Source of the DNA: Octopus sinensis
Taxonomy: Eukaryota
NCBI RefSeq assembly: GCF_006345805.1
Contig: NC_043003.1
Location: forward strand, 24,490,001 to 24,554,000
Direction: 5' to 3'
Length of the DNA: 64,000 nt
Positions within the stretch are counted from its first letter, which is position 1. Each line of letters opens with the position of its first letter. Positions 63,269 through 64,000 of the stretch are shown here, piece by piece. The translations under genes were made by a program, and so were the position numbers. The notes under the pieces are model-generated. The model was not told the DNA's origin and did no database searches. It saw only the letters and a list, made by a program, of their open reading frames with translations.

Positions 63269-64000
63269 GTAAGATGTTTTTTAAATATTTCATCATTGTT
63301 TTTAAATCGTTTTGTTATATATATTTAACTGTAGATTTCTTCTTGTTAGATGTGAAACAAATAAATTCTATTTGTTACTCTGATTTTTTTTTTTTTTCTT
63401 TCCGCTATCCTAGTTCTGAAATGATAAACACTTTTTAACAAATTACATGTAAAGATCGTAGGCGTGCAGATAAAAGAAAGAAAGAAATTAAAGATCCCGT
63501 GGTTATAGACCTACAAGATGTATCTGAACTCCCCCGGAGCTAGATTTACTTACAATCAAAGCAACAGATTTCTAATCTAAACCACATGAACCTATTATTT
63601 TCCGCTCTTTTTCTGAATTTCCTTTTTTTTTCTACTTAAGCACACCACCCACATAATCCGGCCATTCATTGATAGTTAATGGGTTAAACAAAGCTTTTTT
63701 TTTTTATTCAATATTGTTCTTACTATCGTTTGAGGTTTATTATAATTAATTTGATCCTTTAAATATGCTACTGTGATCCATCTATATCTGTATTTCCTTG
63801 TGAACATATTACATCAATGTCTCCCATACAGTCGATTTGTTCTGTTGTCTTCTGTAGGTAGGTAGGTAGGTAGGATGTGTGACGGTGGGGGAAAGCACTC
63901 GCCTGTTAACAAAATCGAAAGCAACACAAACTTACCTTTCAGTTGCACCAGATGTTAGAACACGTTTCTATCTATCTTAGCGAACTATGTTTATTTACCC

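Overview
AT-rich, repeat-dense eukaryotic genomic DNA. The SINE and RTE families suggest an octopus (inference). Almost the whole window is one minus-strand gene, TAF2 (TFIID subunit 2). I reconstructed 28 coding exons by hand, from the ATG at 62225 to a donor at 1370. Their phases join into one open frame of 3357 nt (1119 codons), and the 3' end lies beyond the left edge. The first coding exon of ARFGAP1 starts head-to-head on the plus strand at 63209. Two TAF2 introns (52327-54035 and 20429-21520) carry minor-spliceosome (U12) signals, and intron 1 looks like a former AT-AC intron shifted 2 nt to GT-AG. The introns contain a tRNA-Val with an AAC anticodon on a TAC-type body, two decayed CR1-group LINEs, RTE LINE 3' fragments and dozens of SINE copies. 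They also contain Helitron, hAT, piggyBac, Merlin, Ginger and Tc1/mariner-type MITEs. Three families of Penelope-type elements carry minimal hammerhead-ribozyme-like motifs, one fused to a tRNA-like Pol III head. Most ORFs in the supplied track are spurious translations of repeats. Repeat boundaries are approximate unless TSDs are quoted.
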